A stretch of DNA of 64,000 nt from Calditrichia bacterium (GCA_963777955.1 CAVZSQ010000017.1:32001-96000); one strand, 5' to 3'; shown: positions 1 to 12,193, counted from the first letter of the stretch. Numbers and translations are program-made. Notes: generated by a model from the sequence alone, not told the origin.

Positions 1-297
1 GGGACTCCTGACCGGCAGCGGACCTTTTTCACTGATGATCACTTATCTGATCCTTTTTTTCAGTCCGCTATTAATCGAACGAAATCAAATCTATGCGCTG
101 CTGACATCCAAATTTTATGGTTATCTGGTGGATGGGCTTTATTATTTTCTGCCCAAAACTGCCGAACTGGGCAACATAACCCAGCAACTGGTGCGGGGAA
201 TTCCGGTTTCTTCCTGGTTGCCGTTATGGTCTTCACTTTTATTTGCCGCTTTATGATCATGATATCAATATCCATTTTTTTGAAAAAGAATTTTTAG
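1..297 (+). CDS. 3' part of an ABC-2-type permease (runs off the window start; frameshift near 250)
   Basis: Hydrophobic ORF with 'YYFLPKT'. After a 1-nt shift it continues 'MIMISISIFLKKNF*', a typical permease C-terminus. Confidence 0.55.
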   Translation, partial: GTPDRQRTFFTDDHLSDPFFQSAINRTKSNLCAADIQILWLSGGWALLFSAQNCRTGQHNPATGAGNSGFFLVAVMVFTFICRFMIMISISIFLKKNF

Positions 298-305
298 GAG
301 GATTT

Positions 306-1286
306 ATGAAAATCAGATGTTTTACAGTTTTGCTGCTCGTAGTATTACTGGCTGCCTGTGTACAGGAACGACCGGAACCGTTATCCGATCAGATGAAGCA
401 TCAGTTAACCATGTTACCCCAGGATGTCGATCTGCTGGGATATATCAATCTGCAGCAAATCCAGCAAAGCAAAGTGTCAAAAGTAATTTTAGATTCCGCT
501 GCACTGTGCATGTTTCACAACAAGGAGTTTGATGAATTCAAATCAGCCACCGGTTTCGATTTCCAGAAAGATGCCAGCGAACTTTATTTCGCCGTTGGCT
601 TGAATAATGAAGCAAAAGTAAAAGATGAGTTTAACGGCTTATTTGTGGCCAGAGGTAATTTTGATCCCGAAAAGATCATTTCGTTTATCAAATCAAAACA
701 TGAAGGCGCAGAAGTAGTGGAAGAAACATATGCTCAATTTAAACTCTACCGGCCGACTGACGAGCATCTCGTTTTTTGTTTTGCCGACCAGCATACCTTG
801 ATTGCCGGTAATGACGCGGCCGTAAAAACCTGGCTGGATAAGTCTGTTCCGTCTGCCGATTTGAAACTTGCTGAAAACTGGCGGCAAGCCATCGGAACAT
901 TAAAATATAAGAACGGGTTCTGGCTGGCCATGACCACAAAAAATTTGGCCGAACTCATTGAGCAGGAAACCGCCCTGCCGAAGAATTTTGAGGGTATTAA
1001 AAATATTAAAAGCGCCTCTTTTTCCATGAATTTTTCTGACCACTTATCTTTTGATGGTCAGGGTGAATGCCTTGATGCCGAGAAAGCTGATTTATTCCGC
1101 GATGCCCTGCGGGGCGTGCTGGCTTCGGCTAAACTTTCCGTAAGTTCTCAACGGGATCTGGTGGACATTATTAATGAAGTAAATGTCGATTCAAAAAATG
1201 AAAAAGTAACCGTCCGGTTCAAATTAGGTACAGAGGAAATTGAAAAACTCAAACAAATGAAGCAAACAACGCTTAGACCAATATAA
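306..1286 (+). CDS. Lipoprotein of unknown function
   Basis: AGGAGG RBS before ATG 306; lipobox signal MKIRCFTVLLLVVLLAA-C. Confidence 0.7.
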   Translation: MKIRCFTVLLLVVLLAACVQERPEPLSDQMKHQLTMLPQDVDLLGYINLQQIQQSKVSKVILDSAALCMFHNKEFDEFKSATGFDFQKDASELYFAVGLNNEAKVKDEFNGLFVARGNFDPEKIISFIKSKHEGAEVVEETYAQFKLYRPTDEHLVFCFADQHTLIAGNDAAVKTWLDKSVPSADLKLAENWRQAIGTLKYKNGFWLAMTTKNLAELIEQETALPKNFEGIKNIKSASFSMNFSDHLSFDGQGECLDAEKADLFRDALRGVLASAKLSVSSQRDLVDIINEVNVDSKNEKVTVRFKLGTEEIEKLKQMKQTTLRPI

Positions 1287-1808
1287 TTGAAGAATAATTT
1301 GATAATCCGCAAAGAGCAGGCCGGGGATAAGGAACAAATTTATTTTGTTAATGACCAGGCCTTTGAAGGCAGTGATGAGGCTGAGTTGGTGGATGAACTC
1401 AGGGAGCGGAATAAACTGCTTATTTCCCTGGTGGCAGAAATTAATAAAAAAATTGTAGGGCACATCGCTTTTACCGAGGTTTTTATCAAGTCTGCCGATT
1501 CCCTGCCCCACGGGGCGGGCCTGGCCCCGATGGCAGTGCTCAAGGAGTATCAGAATCGCAAAATAGGAAGTGCGCTGGTGGAAGCGGGGCTGCAGCAGTG
1601 CGAAGAAATGGGTATTGAATACGTCACGGTTCTGGGTTATCCCCGCTATTATCCCCGTTTCGGTTTTCAAAAAGCCAGTCCTTATGGCATTCACTGCCAG
1701 TATGAAATTCCTGATGATATGTTCATGATCATCGGACTGGGCCGGGGAATTTTAAAATTAATTGCCAATCATACAATTAGTTATGATCCCTTATTCGATG
1801 GAAGGTAA
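1287..1808 (+). CDS. GNAT N-acetyltransferase (YhbS-like)
   Basis: 'IVGHIAF', 'LAPMAVLKEYQNRKIGSAL', 'VLGYPRYYPRFGF' motifs. Confidence 0.85.
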   Translation: MKNNLIIRKEQAGDKEQIYFVNDQAFEGSDEAELVDELRERNKLLISLVAEINKKIVGHIAFTEVFIKSADSLPHGAGLAPMAVLKEYQNRKIGSALVEAGLQQCEEMGIEYVTVLGYPRYYPRFGFQKASPYGIHCQYEIPDDMFMIIGLGRGILKLIANHTISYDPLFDGR

Positions 1809-1809
1809 T

Positions 1810-2610
1810 ATGAACATTGCTGATCCACTGGCAAAACAGATTATCAAAGTCGGAACTTCCGGATACAGTTATGAAGACTGGCGCGGGACATTTTATCCGG
1901 CTGATCTGCCGGCAAATAAAATGCTGGAATACTATATCCGCTATTTTACCACCGTGGAATTAAACTCGACCTATTATGCCATTCCTAAGGTCGGCACCTT
2001 CCAAAGACTGGCTGAAAAAACTCCGGCCCGCTTCGAATTTATCGTCAAAGTTCACCAGGAAACAACGCACCGCCGGCAGGAAAATGAAAAAGTTATCGGA
2101 CAATTGCTTGAAGCGGTAAAACCATTATCCGATCAAAATAAATTGCACGGCTTCCTGGCCCAGTTCCCATATTCTTTTAAAAATAATGAAGAGAGCCGCC
2201 ATTATTTGGTGCAAACCAGATCATTGCTGGGCAATTATCCCTTGTTTGTCGAATTCCGCAATTATACCTGGTTATCATCATCGCTGCCGGAATTTCTGAA
2301 AGAAAATAATATCGGTTACGTCAATGTCGATGAACCCCCTTTGCGGGGATTATTGCCCAAACAGGATCTGGTGACCAGTGAAACCGGTTACGTTCGCCTG
2401 CATGGCCGTAATCAGCAGGATTGGTGGAATGGCGAAGGATCGGCCCGTTACGATTATGAGTACACGGAACAGGAATTACAGGAATGGTTGATTCACATCA
2501 GTAATATTTTAAAGAAGACCTTTAAAACGTATATCTTTTTCAATAATCATCCGACCGGGAAAGCAGTAAAGAACGCTGAACAAATGATGGCCATACTTAA
2601 ATCTATCTGA
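1810..2610 (+). CDS. DUF72 family protein
   Basis: 'VGTSGYSY.DW.G.FYP', 'VELNSTYY', 'YVRLHGRN', 'RYDYEY', 'FFNNH' motifs. Confidence 0.9.
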   Translation: MNIADPLAKQIIKVGTSGYSYEDWRGTFYPADLPANKMLEYYIRYFTTVELNSTYYAIPKVGTFQRLAEKTPARFEFIVKVHQETTHRRQENEKVIGQLLEAVKPLSDQNKLHGFLAQFPYSFKNNEESRHYLVQTRSLLGNYPLFVEFRNYTWLSSSLPEFLKENNIGYVNVDEPPLRGLLPKQDLVTSETGYVRLHGRNQQDWWNGEGSARYDYEYTEQELQEWLIHISNILKKTFKTYIFFNNHPTGKAVKNAEQMMAILKSI

Positions 2611-5600
2611 CCTCAAGTTTAACTGCTGTCTTTATTTCTTTTCCTTCCCGCAGGAATATCATCGTCAAAGTATCACCCGGTTCATGCTGTTTTAATTCTT
2701 CTGAGTACTCTTTTAAATTTTTTACCGTTATGGTTTCAACTTTAATTAAAATATCACCGGTTTTAACTCCGGCCAGGTCGGCAGGGGAATCTGTTGCCAC
2801 CTGGGCTACCCGTACACCCTCGCCCGCATATGCAAAGTCAGGCATGATGCCGGTTGATACGCGGCGACCCGCCGGGGCCGCTGGCGCTGTTGTTGCTGCA
2901 GTTGTCTTGATTGTTACCGTCAATTTCTCCTCTCTATTGGATAAATACTCGATTATCTCTTTGCTGAAGGATGCGACTTTTACCAGTCCGGCCACATCGA
3001 TTTTATCGGCAGTATCTTCCGGTTTATGATAATCCTGATGAGCACCGCTAAAAAGTTGAATTGCCGGTATACCGGCGGAGATAAAACTGGTCTGATCGCT
3101 GGCATCCAGATCCTGATTGACCAACTCATACCCGATCCCGGTTACGAATCCAACCCCCATTACGATGTGCTTCCACTCCTGCAGCCGTCGAATGATTTAA
3201 CACCAGCAGTTTATTATTATTAAGTCTGCCCACCGTATCCAGATTAAGCACTCCGATAATATTTTGCACCGGAAATTTTTTCATATTCTGGATATAGTAC
3301 TTTGATCCTTTTAAGCCGCTCTCTTCAGCAGTAGTGGCTAAAAATATAACCGTACGCGCGGGACTGAAACTGTTGCCCAGGCTCCGGGCCAATTCCAGCA
3401 ATACCGCCGCTCCGCTGGCATTATCATCGGCGCCAGAATGCATTTTCCCTTCATTGCCGGCACGCACATCCGGCCAACCCAGACCAAGGTGATCATAGTG
3501 CGCACAAATCACTACCGATTGTCCGGCCCACTCTTTTTTACTGCCCGGAATCATTCCGATAATATTTTTTAAAATAACAGGCTTATTTTCGGCACCACTA
3601 TTTTCCGTCCAGGTCTGATAAAAAGTATCATTATCACCGATTGGGATCAGTCCTGCGCTTTTAAATTGTGCAGCTAGATATGCTGCAGCCCGTTCAATTC
3701 CTGCACTCCCTAATCCTCTGCCTTGCAAAGCTTCGCCGGTCAGAGTATCGATATCACTTTTCATCCGCGTTGCAGAAAATAACGGTTTTAATTCCGCCAG
3801 GGCTTTTCGCACGGGCAACCCGGCGTCGACTGGTTCAGGATTTGATCCATCACTTTGCAGCACCCTGGCCCGCATGGGAGTGTTGTTGGCCGGCCATTGT
3901 CCCTGCAGTACATTAATGGGTTCATCCCCTTCGAATCCCAGGTAACTGTATTTTCCATAATGGGGGAGTTTCCTGCCCAGACCGGGTATGGCGGCACTGC
4001 TATGAGCGGAAAGCCAGACCAGTACTTTATCGGCATTATTGGGATTACGCACAGCCAGCACAATACTGTGATCCTGTAAAGATGTTTTGATTTTCCCTAG
4101 ACGAAGAGTATCTATCTTCAAATCCGAATCATATTTCAGCAGTTCTTTCAAAAACTGATTGTGCCATATGTTTTCCCGGCCAAAGATCCAGACCGATCGA
4201 TCCGCCGGAATAGCAGTAAGCGAGGTATCCTCGCTTCACACTGATTTGACCGGATGTGTCTTTAGCCCAATTTCCGGCCAGGACGCGGTAGGCCTCTTGC
4301 AGATCTGGTTTATCCGTAGCCGGCAGGATGATCGCGACTTTTTCCGATCCAAAGACCTGTGACAGGGCCGGTGGTACTTCATCGCGATGCAGAAAACGGA
4401 ACAGATCAAATTGCGGATCTACATCGATAAGCAATGGCCTTTCTTTAAAAGTCAACTGATAATCCTGGACTTTGCTGTCCATTCGTAGCCGTTGCATCAC
4501 TGCCTTTTTGCTGTCTTGCAGATGGACAGCTACAGGAACATCGAGTTCAAAAACATCGTCCAGCTGGGTTTGCTTCAAAGTAAAATTCAATTTGAATCCT
4601 GCCGGATCGGCTGCACATTCAGCCCGGCTGATTTCCAGCAGGGGTGCTCCGCTGCGCGTGAGCCATTGCTGGAAGAACGAATCCAGTTCGCGGCCGGTTA
4701 TTTTTTCAAAACATTTTTTCAAATCATTAAAACCGGCTTTTTTGAATTTATTCTCAGAATAAAAGTCCTGAATACTTTTGACGAAAAGTTCGTCGCCAAT
4801 TTCCTGTCTGAGCATATTGAAAATCATCATTGACTTGTTATAACCGATGGCAGCTGAAGAGGCATCGCGGCGGGAAGTAAACTTGATCAAGGGGAAATCA
4901 TTATTGCTATGAACGTAGTCGGTGAAAGCCTGTAATGCACCGCGTCTGTATTCTACACCCTGCCCGCGTTGTTCTTTGATCAAATGATCGGCGAAAAATA
5001 CGGTCAACCCTTCGCACCAGTTACCTGATTCGTAGTCGACATAAACCCCGTTACCCCACCAGTTATGCAGAAGTTCGTGCGGATAGGAAGAATGCAGAAT
5101 AAACGGGAAGCGGATAACCTTTGGACCCAGCAGAGTGAAGGAAGGCATACCATAACCGGTTTCCCAGAAATTTTCGACCAGAGCAAATTTGGAATAAGGA
5201 TATGGACCGATTAAAGTATTATACATCTCCAGGTACTGGGCGGTTGTCTCCAGATATTTCCTGGCCAGAGTTTCATCGGCTGTTCTTAAAAAGGCCATGG
5301 CCAGCACACCTGTCTGTTCGCGCTGATATTCATAAAACGGGGCTGCGATCAGATACACCTCTTCCATAAGTTCGGGTGAATCCCAGCGTACGACGCGTTG
5401 CGAATTCCTGATTTCATGAATGGTTCGTACCCCCTGGCTGACTGCATCCCACTCTGCCGGCAGTAAAATCTGCAGATTAAATGTGATCAAATCGGCATTG
5501 AACCAGGGCACCCAGTATGTTGAGCCAGCCAGATATACACCATCGGCCGAAATAGTACCGGGGGATTCGCTGAATCCCCGGGCATATTCCTCGGAAATTT

Positions 5601-6012
5601 GTTCGATGGGGTGATCGATTTTCCCTGAATATTCAAACAGGCAGATGATTTCAGCCTGTTTGCTCCTGGGCAGGATCAGGGAATAATGCTCGATTTCAAT
5701 ATTTTCCGGCAGTTTGAATTTATTTTTCGCCAGGCCAAAATCCCGGTGATCAATTTTACCCGTTTCTTGCTTTAGTTTAATTTCCGCGGTCGAGACCCCG
5801 GTCGAGACTTGCGGATGTAAATCCTTATGTAATAAGAAATGAATTTCCCGGCCGCCCCAATTGCCCGGAAAATACACAGTATCGCTTACCGACAAGGTCT
5901 TTTCCCCCGGATTCAATCTGACCATTAAATGATGCTCAATCGCCGGCTCAGCTGCACCCTGTGCGGTAATCATAAAACAAATTATTAGGACAGTTTTATA
6001 TATTTTATTCAT
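2603..6012 (-). CDS. Secreted multidomain peptidase: M1 aminopeptidase-like + M28 peptidase + PDZ (frameshifts near 4235 and 3180)
   Basis: Signal peptide MNKIYK...; M1 'GYGMP' and HELLH...WCEG zinc motif; M28 'AHYDHLG', 'GADDNASG', 'AEESGL.GS', 'SDQ.SF', 'DYHKPED'; C-terminal PDZ 'SPADLAGVKTGD'. The three ORFs join by single-base shifts. Confidence 0.8.
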
Positions 6013-6037
6013 ACGTTTGATTCCCACTCCGAATATG

Positions 6038-6112
6038 TTTGTCTTTTGTCTTTTGCCTTTTCTCTTTTACCTCTTTACCTTTTTACCTCTTAACCCCTTA
6101 ACCTTTTCCCCC
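6038..6112. repeat. Pyrimidine-rich short tandem repeats (TTTGTCT-like heptamers, then TTTACCTC-like octamers)
   Basis: tttgtct tttgtct tttgcct tttctct followed by tttacctc tttacctt tttacctc ttaacccc ttaacctt, in an intergenic gap. Confidence 0.75.
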
Positions 6113-6203
6113 AGATCTTTCATCTTTAATCTTATTTTTTTAGCGCATTATTACCGTAACCGGATTCTTAACCACCATATACTTCCCGGCCACACGCTTA
6201 ATA

Positions 6204-8746
6204 TCAGTCCAGGGTGACCTGTTTCATCTGTTTTAAAAATTGCTGATCATAGTTGCTATTGCCAAAGAAATAGAGGGAATGTGCCAGATAATAGCCCTGG
6301 TTAATACTCGATAATCTTCTGAACATCATGCGTCCCAGATATCGATTTAATGTTTTCTCCAATTCGGTTGCAGTAATCGAATTTACCATGGCCGGATCGA
6401 AGAATGCGGGGATCTGCGGCAATAAAACATCGATATTAGCCGGACGTGTTCCCAATCTGAAATAGAATAAAGCTTTATCATTAACCATCTCTATTCCCGT
6501 ATTCACACGGTAGGCCCGTCCCTGTTTTTCCCGTACGTTAAAAATTATCCGCTCAGCCAGGATTTGGGAGAATACTTCCAGCGCAGGGCGGTCTGCCTGG
6601 AGAATTTCCGTGGTAAAACCCCAGAACAGATAGGATTGTTCGGCACTACCCTGAAAATCATTATTAACTTCAGCAGTTAGAATTTTTAAAGCACGCTGAT
6701 ATGCCGGTTGATGATCGGTGATTTCTTTTTTTGCCACCGGCATGTTTTTTATAAACAGTTTATATAAACTATCGGGTGTTGCCGGTGAGACCACAGAAAT
6801 AATCACATTAGCCGGGGTTAAATATATTTCTTTAAATTTTAACAGGTTATCATAACTGATCTCATTTATTATATCCGGGAAAGCATTGGCTTCATAGACG
6901 GCATTTGTATATGATTGGGTGAATAACTCGTTGGATTTTGATCCAGCCATGCCGCCTCCCCCCGGTCGTTTAATTTTTGCTACTGCTTTAGTGAATTCCT
7001 CAGCAGTGGGTATAAAAGTATTCAACTGGGTTGATAAATAATTGATAATTCCGCCTAGATCCTCAGCCAATCCTTCGGCCCTGATATAACCAAAGTCCGC
7101 ATGCAGATAAATATCATCCATCGGTATAGCCGGGTCATCATTCACCTTAAAACTAAGGCCATAGCGGTTGCTGATCTTCTGGTTGGCCGTCGATGCTAAT
7201 CGCTGGCCAAAACAATCATGCAAAACCTGTGCGGCATTTTTGCCAAACTGAGACTCATATCTGGCCTTATGCTTGAAAAGATAGTGAACAGCCAGAAGAT
7301 TACTGGCAGGATTTTGTTTGGCGATCAGAACGGCCCCGCTGCTGGAATCCACGAAGACTTTCGTCTGGGTGGGGATTTCTCCTGGCGCGAAACTCCTCTT
7401 GTTTTCCGGGTGTTGCACTATTACTACCGGATTAGAATCTATCCGGTATGACCTGAGTTGTTGTTCCGCTGCCAGGAAAGAAGACAAGGCTATTTGTTGA
7501 AAAATCGTCTCTAGCCCGGACAGGACCAGGGTTTCAGCATTATAAATACCAAACATATGCGGTTTTTCGAGATTCAAAAGATATTCGGTGCGCGCGTGGG
7601 CAGCCAGATAATCTACGGTTTCCGGCGGCAAAACTAATTTTAAATTTGACAGAGTCATGCCGCAGGTATTCCGTTATGTCCTGCAGGGACTGCTCGCTGG
7701 AAACAGTTATCGTAGCCGTGATATAGTTTTTTACCGGAAAATGTAATATTTCCAAAATCAACGGAACTAATTGCGCCGGGGAATTTTTTCTGCAGCTCGC
7801 TGAAAATCCGGTCATGATGCTTAGCCAGGATTTCGTCTAGCAGGGTCAGGTGCACCTGTGAGAATTGGACCGGTATTTCAAAAAACATCTGCAGCAGCAT
7901 TTCTTCGCCCTTATAAAAGCGGTGATATACGCTGGACCGGTCAGTTGTCAATCCGGGTATTTCGAATCCCGAACGCCAGTTAGTATAATGAGCATAAGCC
8001 ACGTTACCCGGTTTGACCGTGCCATAAATTCCGGCCAACAAAACCAACATACTGTCCGTATCGAATGGCCCGATGGCGGTCAGAATCATATTATTGGGCT
8101 GATATGTATTTTTGTAAAAAGTATAAACATCGTCCCGGGACAATGATTCAATAGTCGCATAAGTGCCGGCTACAGGTAGAGCGAGGGAATGTTCTTGAAA
8201 TAAGATGGAATGAATATTATTTTCTATTTCAGTTTCAGGGTCATTAAGGTCCTTGGCGATTTCCTCCAGGATGATTCCCTTTTCCTTTTCAAATTTATCT
8301 GCGGGTAAAACTGAATGGAACAGCATGTCAGCCTGAAGTTCCATGCCCTGGGGTGCCTTGTCGGCAGGGATGACCATCATATAATTGGTATAATAATATG
8401 AAGTATTGGCATTATTGTACCCGCCGATCAAATCCACCTGATCATATAACTGTTCTTGTGAACGCTGTTCCGTACCGTTGAACAGCAGGTGCTCTAACAT
8501 ATGACTCATACCGCTGGTGGCAAAATTTTCATAGGCAGAACCAATTTTCACCGCAACATTTATGCCGGTCATCGGCAGAATCGGATTTTCAATTAACAGG
8601 ACCTGCAACCCATTATCCAGCGTATGAATGGAGATCCCCGCCGGTAATTTGTAGCCGCTATCAATTATTTTCGTTTCAGCAGCTGGCAGCTGGGAAAAAT
8701 TTAAAGCCAGTATAACAAACCAAAGCAAGAATTTCCATTTAGCCAT
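6204..8746 (-). CDS. Secreted M16 (insulinase/pitrilysin) family zinc peptidase (frameshifted near 7650-7740)
   Basis: Signal peptide; inverted zinc motif 'GMSHMLEHLLFNGT'; 'NNANTS'; C-terminal half has 'VREKQGRAY'. Confidence 0.85.
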
Positions 8747-8970
8747 TGAGCCATTCCCCTTTTAGTGTAATGAATATACTTCTGCTTGACAATATTCCCT
8801 TATTCGAATTTAAATGAAGAGCAAGCAATGAATTTACAATGAAAATCTGTGTGAAAAAAACTTTTTATATCTTGATCTGTTTGCTGGCAACCAGATAATA
8901 GTTTGTACTTTTAAGAATAATCAAGACCCGCTCGTTGAGGAGTCTGTCGCAGAATTGACTAATCGCCCCG

Positions 8971-9008
8971 GATTTCTCACCCCGCCTGTGGCGGGGATTC
9001 GAAATGAC
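8971..9008. repeat. GC-rich hairpin downstream of the PDZ gene (REP-like element or terminator)
   Basis: ccccgcc-tgt-ggcgggg perfect stem (8980-8996) flanked by atttc/gaaat. Confidence 0.45.
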
Positions 9009-9031
9009 ATGCACATTCTGTCATTCCAATT

Positions 9032-10027
9032 TTATATCTGTATTTCGTAGTCCTGATCGATATTAACCTTTACTTTAAGATCCTGCAGTTTTTCATGCAA
9101 CTCTCTTAATTTTTCATTTAATCCTTCCATTTCGAATTCCAATTTCTGCGGCACCTCTTCCAGCAGGGATTCAAATTCTGCCTCATCTCCCACTTCTATT
9201 TCAATCTCGGGGATTTCAATGTTAATTTCATCAGGCATTGGTACATCAAATTCATCGGCATGATGCCCATAAAAATACACATCGTCTTTTTGCATGCGTT
9301 CTGCCAATTTTACTTTAAAGGCTTTCTCTTTCTTGTCGCGGATTACTTTTATCTCGATTTCATCCCCCGGCTCAAAATAGTTGATAGCTCTTTTTATATC
9401 ATGCAAGTCCCGGACTTTTTTCTCGGCCACTTTAATAATAATATCCCCTGCCTTTAGTCCGCCTTTTTCTGCCGGACTATCCTTCAACACTTCTTTGACT
9501 AATATGCCCTGTCCTTCCGCAACTCCGAAATATTCACGTAACTGTTCGCTTAATTCAATCGTATGAACCCCCAGCCAGGTTTGATCTTCAGCAGTAAAAT
9601 TCAACCGGTGCGGGGATCTGAAGGGCCGAACCATCACTTTTTTAGTTACGGCTTTGGCAAGTTCCGCTTTAGTTTTACCGTGGTTTCCGTCCCTCAGGTA
9701 TTCTATTTCCACCACGTCGCCGACTTTTTTCTCCTGCACCAGGTCAATAAGCTTTTTTGTGCCGGTAACAGCCTTTCCGTCTAAAGTAATAATAATATCA
9801 TCCTGCTTTAATTCGGCAGTAGCAGCTGGACTGTCCTTGGATACCTCGGTAATTTTTACGCCATGAGGAATTTTAAGATCATTCAGCATCTTTTCAGAAA
9901 TATCTTCTACCTTTACACCGAGCCAGGTACGATTTTTACCTTCCTTCACCACTACCTGTTTTTCACTGACCAAGGCGAAGAGCAAGGAAGGGATCAATAA
10001 AAATAACCACCATGATCTTTTGAACAT
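9032..10027 (-). CDS. Secreted tandem-PDZ protein with acidic coiled C-terminus
   Basis: Signal peptide; two 'WLGV...SPA..A/GL..GD/DII' PDZ domains; no protease domain; GGAGG RBS. Confidence 0.85.
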   Translation of the reverse strand: MFKRSWWLFLLIPSLLFALVSEKQVVVKEGKNRTWLGVKVEDISEKMLNDLKIPHGVKITEVSKDSPAATAELKQDDIIITLDGKAVTGTKKLIDLVQEKKVGDVVEIEYLRDGNHGKTKAELAKAVTKKVMVRPFRSPHRLNFTAEDQTWLGVHTIELSEQLREYFGVAEGQGILVKEVLKDSPAEKGGLKAGDIIIKVAEKKVRDLHDIKRAINYFEPGDEIEIKVIRDKKEKAFKVKLAERMQKDDVYFYGHHADEFDVPMPDEINIEIPEIEIEVGDEAEFESLLEEVPQKLEFEMEGLNEKLRELHEKLQDLKVKVNIDQDYEIQI

Positions 10028-10069
10028 ATTTTACCTCCTGCAGTTGAACTGTTGAACTAAAAGTATATA

Positions 10070-10096
10070 TACGAAAATCTGTACATCCGGGTTTCA
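10070..10096 (-). promoter_or_regulatory. ECF (SigW-like) promoter candidate for the PDZ gene
   Basis: Minus strand reads TGAAAC-N17-CGTA about 43 nt upstream of the start codon. Confidence 0.55.
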
Positions 10097-10281
10097 AAAT
10101 TAGCCCAAATCATATTATATTACTGTCAATTTTTTATGTCCCGGCCCGAGTATCCAATTAAAACTATAAAATTACCCTCAGGCTGATGCTTTTTAATGTA
10201 TAATTTTTGTAGTTTTTTAAAATGACCTCATTACTAATAAAAAAAATGATTAACTTAAAGTCAAAAATCTGTAAATTTTTA

Positions 10282-10308
10282 TCAAAAAATGCAGATTTTT
10301 ACCGATGA
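10282..10308 (+). promoter_or_regulatory. Sigma28 (FliA)-like promoter candidate
   Basis: TCAA-N15-ACCGATGA versus consensus TAAA-N15-GCCGATAA, upstream of the GGDEF-EAL gene. Confidence 0.3.
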
Positions 10309-10368
10309 ATAGAATAATAACTGTTATTTTGAGATCGGTTAACCGGTTTATATAATTTTAAGGCAACA

Positions 10369-12193
10369 ATGTTAAAAGCACTTAGCAAATATTTCAAGTC
10401 GGTTAAATACAATTCTGATCAATCGTTACATGAAACATCATATCAATTGTTCAAGAGTATCCCGATTGAAATCGCCCTTTATGACCTGAATGGTTATTAC
10501 ACCTACGTCAACAGATTTTATGCCGCTGATGAAAAAATCCGTACCGAGATCATAGGTAAGGATGATGCTTACTTCTTCAAAGTAACCGGAATCAGTCTGG
10601 CTGGACTGGTAAAACGTCAGGAACATTTCAAGGAGATACTGAAGCGTAAAAGCACGGTCAGATTTACCGAGAGTTTGTACTTTCCGGAAAAAGACAAGAT
10701 ACAGTATTTTAAACGCTACTTTCTACCTATTTTTGACCGGGATGATCCACAAAAAATGACCGGTGTCTGCTTATACGGCAGTGATTTGACCTATGTAATT
10801 ATGGGACAAAAAGAATTAAAATATCTGGCCTATCATGATAAACTGACCGGGTTGAAAAACCGGGATGGTTTTTATGAACAACTGGATCAGTTGTTACTGG
10901 ATATACCGCGCAGTTCCGAACAGAAGTTGACCGCCCTGTTGTTTTTAGATCTGGACAACTTCAAACTGGTGAATGATTCCCTCGGACACGATGTCGGGGA
11001 TGCTGTCCTGCAGGAAGTTGCTGACCGGATTAAAACTTCCCTGCGTAAATCCGATTTTGTTTTCCGTCTGGGCGGGGATGAATTTACCATCATCATCCGC
11101 CACCTCAACCGCGAGTTTGAGGCCTCGAAGGTCGCCGAAAAATTAATTAAAAATATATCCAAGCCTTATTCAGATCCGCCAGCATAAAATCACCTATCTG
11201 ACTCCCAGTATCGGTATCGTGCTGATCCCGTTCGGCGAAACCGATCGTGAAGGACTGGTCAAGAAGGCGGATACCGCCATGTACGAAGCGAAACGCCAGG
11301 GCAAGAACCGCTATCAGTTCTTCAAAGAAAGCATGACCGAAGATTCAATCATGCGCCTGAACATCGAAAACAATTTACAGACCCTGGTCAAAAACAAAAG
11401 TTTTGAACAGGAATGTCATATTTTATACCAGCCTATTGTCGCCCGCACGCCGGCTGACAAATATCAGATAATCGGCGTCGAAGCTTTATTACGCTGGTAC
11501 AATGCTGAACTTGGACTGGTCATGCCCAATATATTTATCCCCATTGCCGAAGAAACTAATTTGATCTCCGCGCTGGGGGATTGGATTTTCGAACGGTCCT
11601 GCCGGGACATAAATGAGATATTGCATAATTATAATTCCGCCTTCTATGTCTCAATCAACCTGTCGGCTAAACAGTTAAAGGATCCCGGTTTTGCCGACCG
11701 GATCAGGAACATAATCGATGGCATCGGTATTAACCCGGCGAATATTCAATTCGAGTTGACCGAAACAACCTATCTGGAAGACCCGGTTGAAATCGCCCGC
11801 AATATCAATGCCCTGACCAAAATGGGGGTGAAACTGGCCATTGACGATTTCGGTGTTGGTTTTGCCTCGCTGGTTTATCTGCAGCGTATTCCGGCCGCTA
11901 CAATAAAAATTGACCGCTCTTTCATCAAGCATATCACCAGCAGCGATGAGCATAAACTTTTCGTGAAGTCTATTATCAATCTGGGCACCAATCTGGAAAA
12001 AGAGGTAATCGCCGAGGGGGTGGAAATAGCGGAACAATTGCTTTTTCTGAATGAACAAAATTGCCTGAAATATCAGGGGTTTTTATTCAGCAAGCCCATC
12101 CCCCTGTCAGAATTACAAAAGCTCCTGGACAGCGGGGCAGAATTCGCTCCGGATCTTTCCGGAGTGTCCAAACCCCAACCGCACCCGTTATAG
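10369..12193 (+). CDS. PAS-like + GGDEF + EAL c-di-GMP enzyme (frameshift near 11170)
   Basis: 'AYHDKLTGL.NR', 'DLDNFK.VND..GH', RKSD I-site, GGDEF, 'VEALLRW', 'IDDFGVG', 'KIDRSF', 'AEGVE', 'QGFLFSKP'. Confidence 0.9.
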
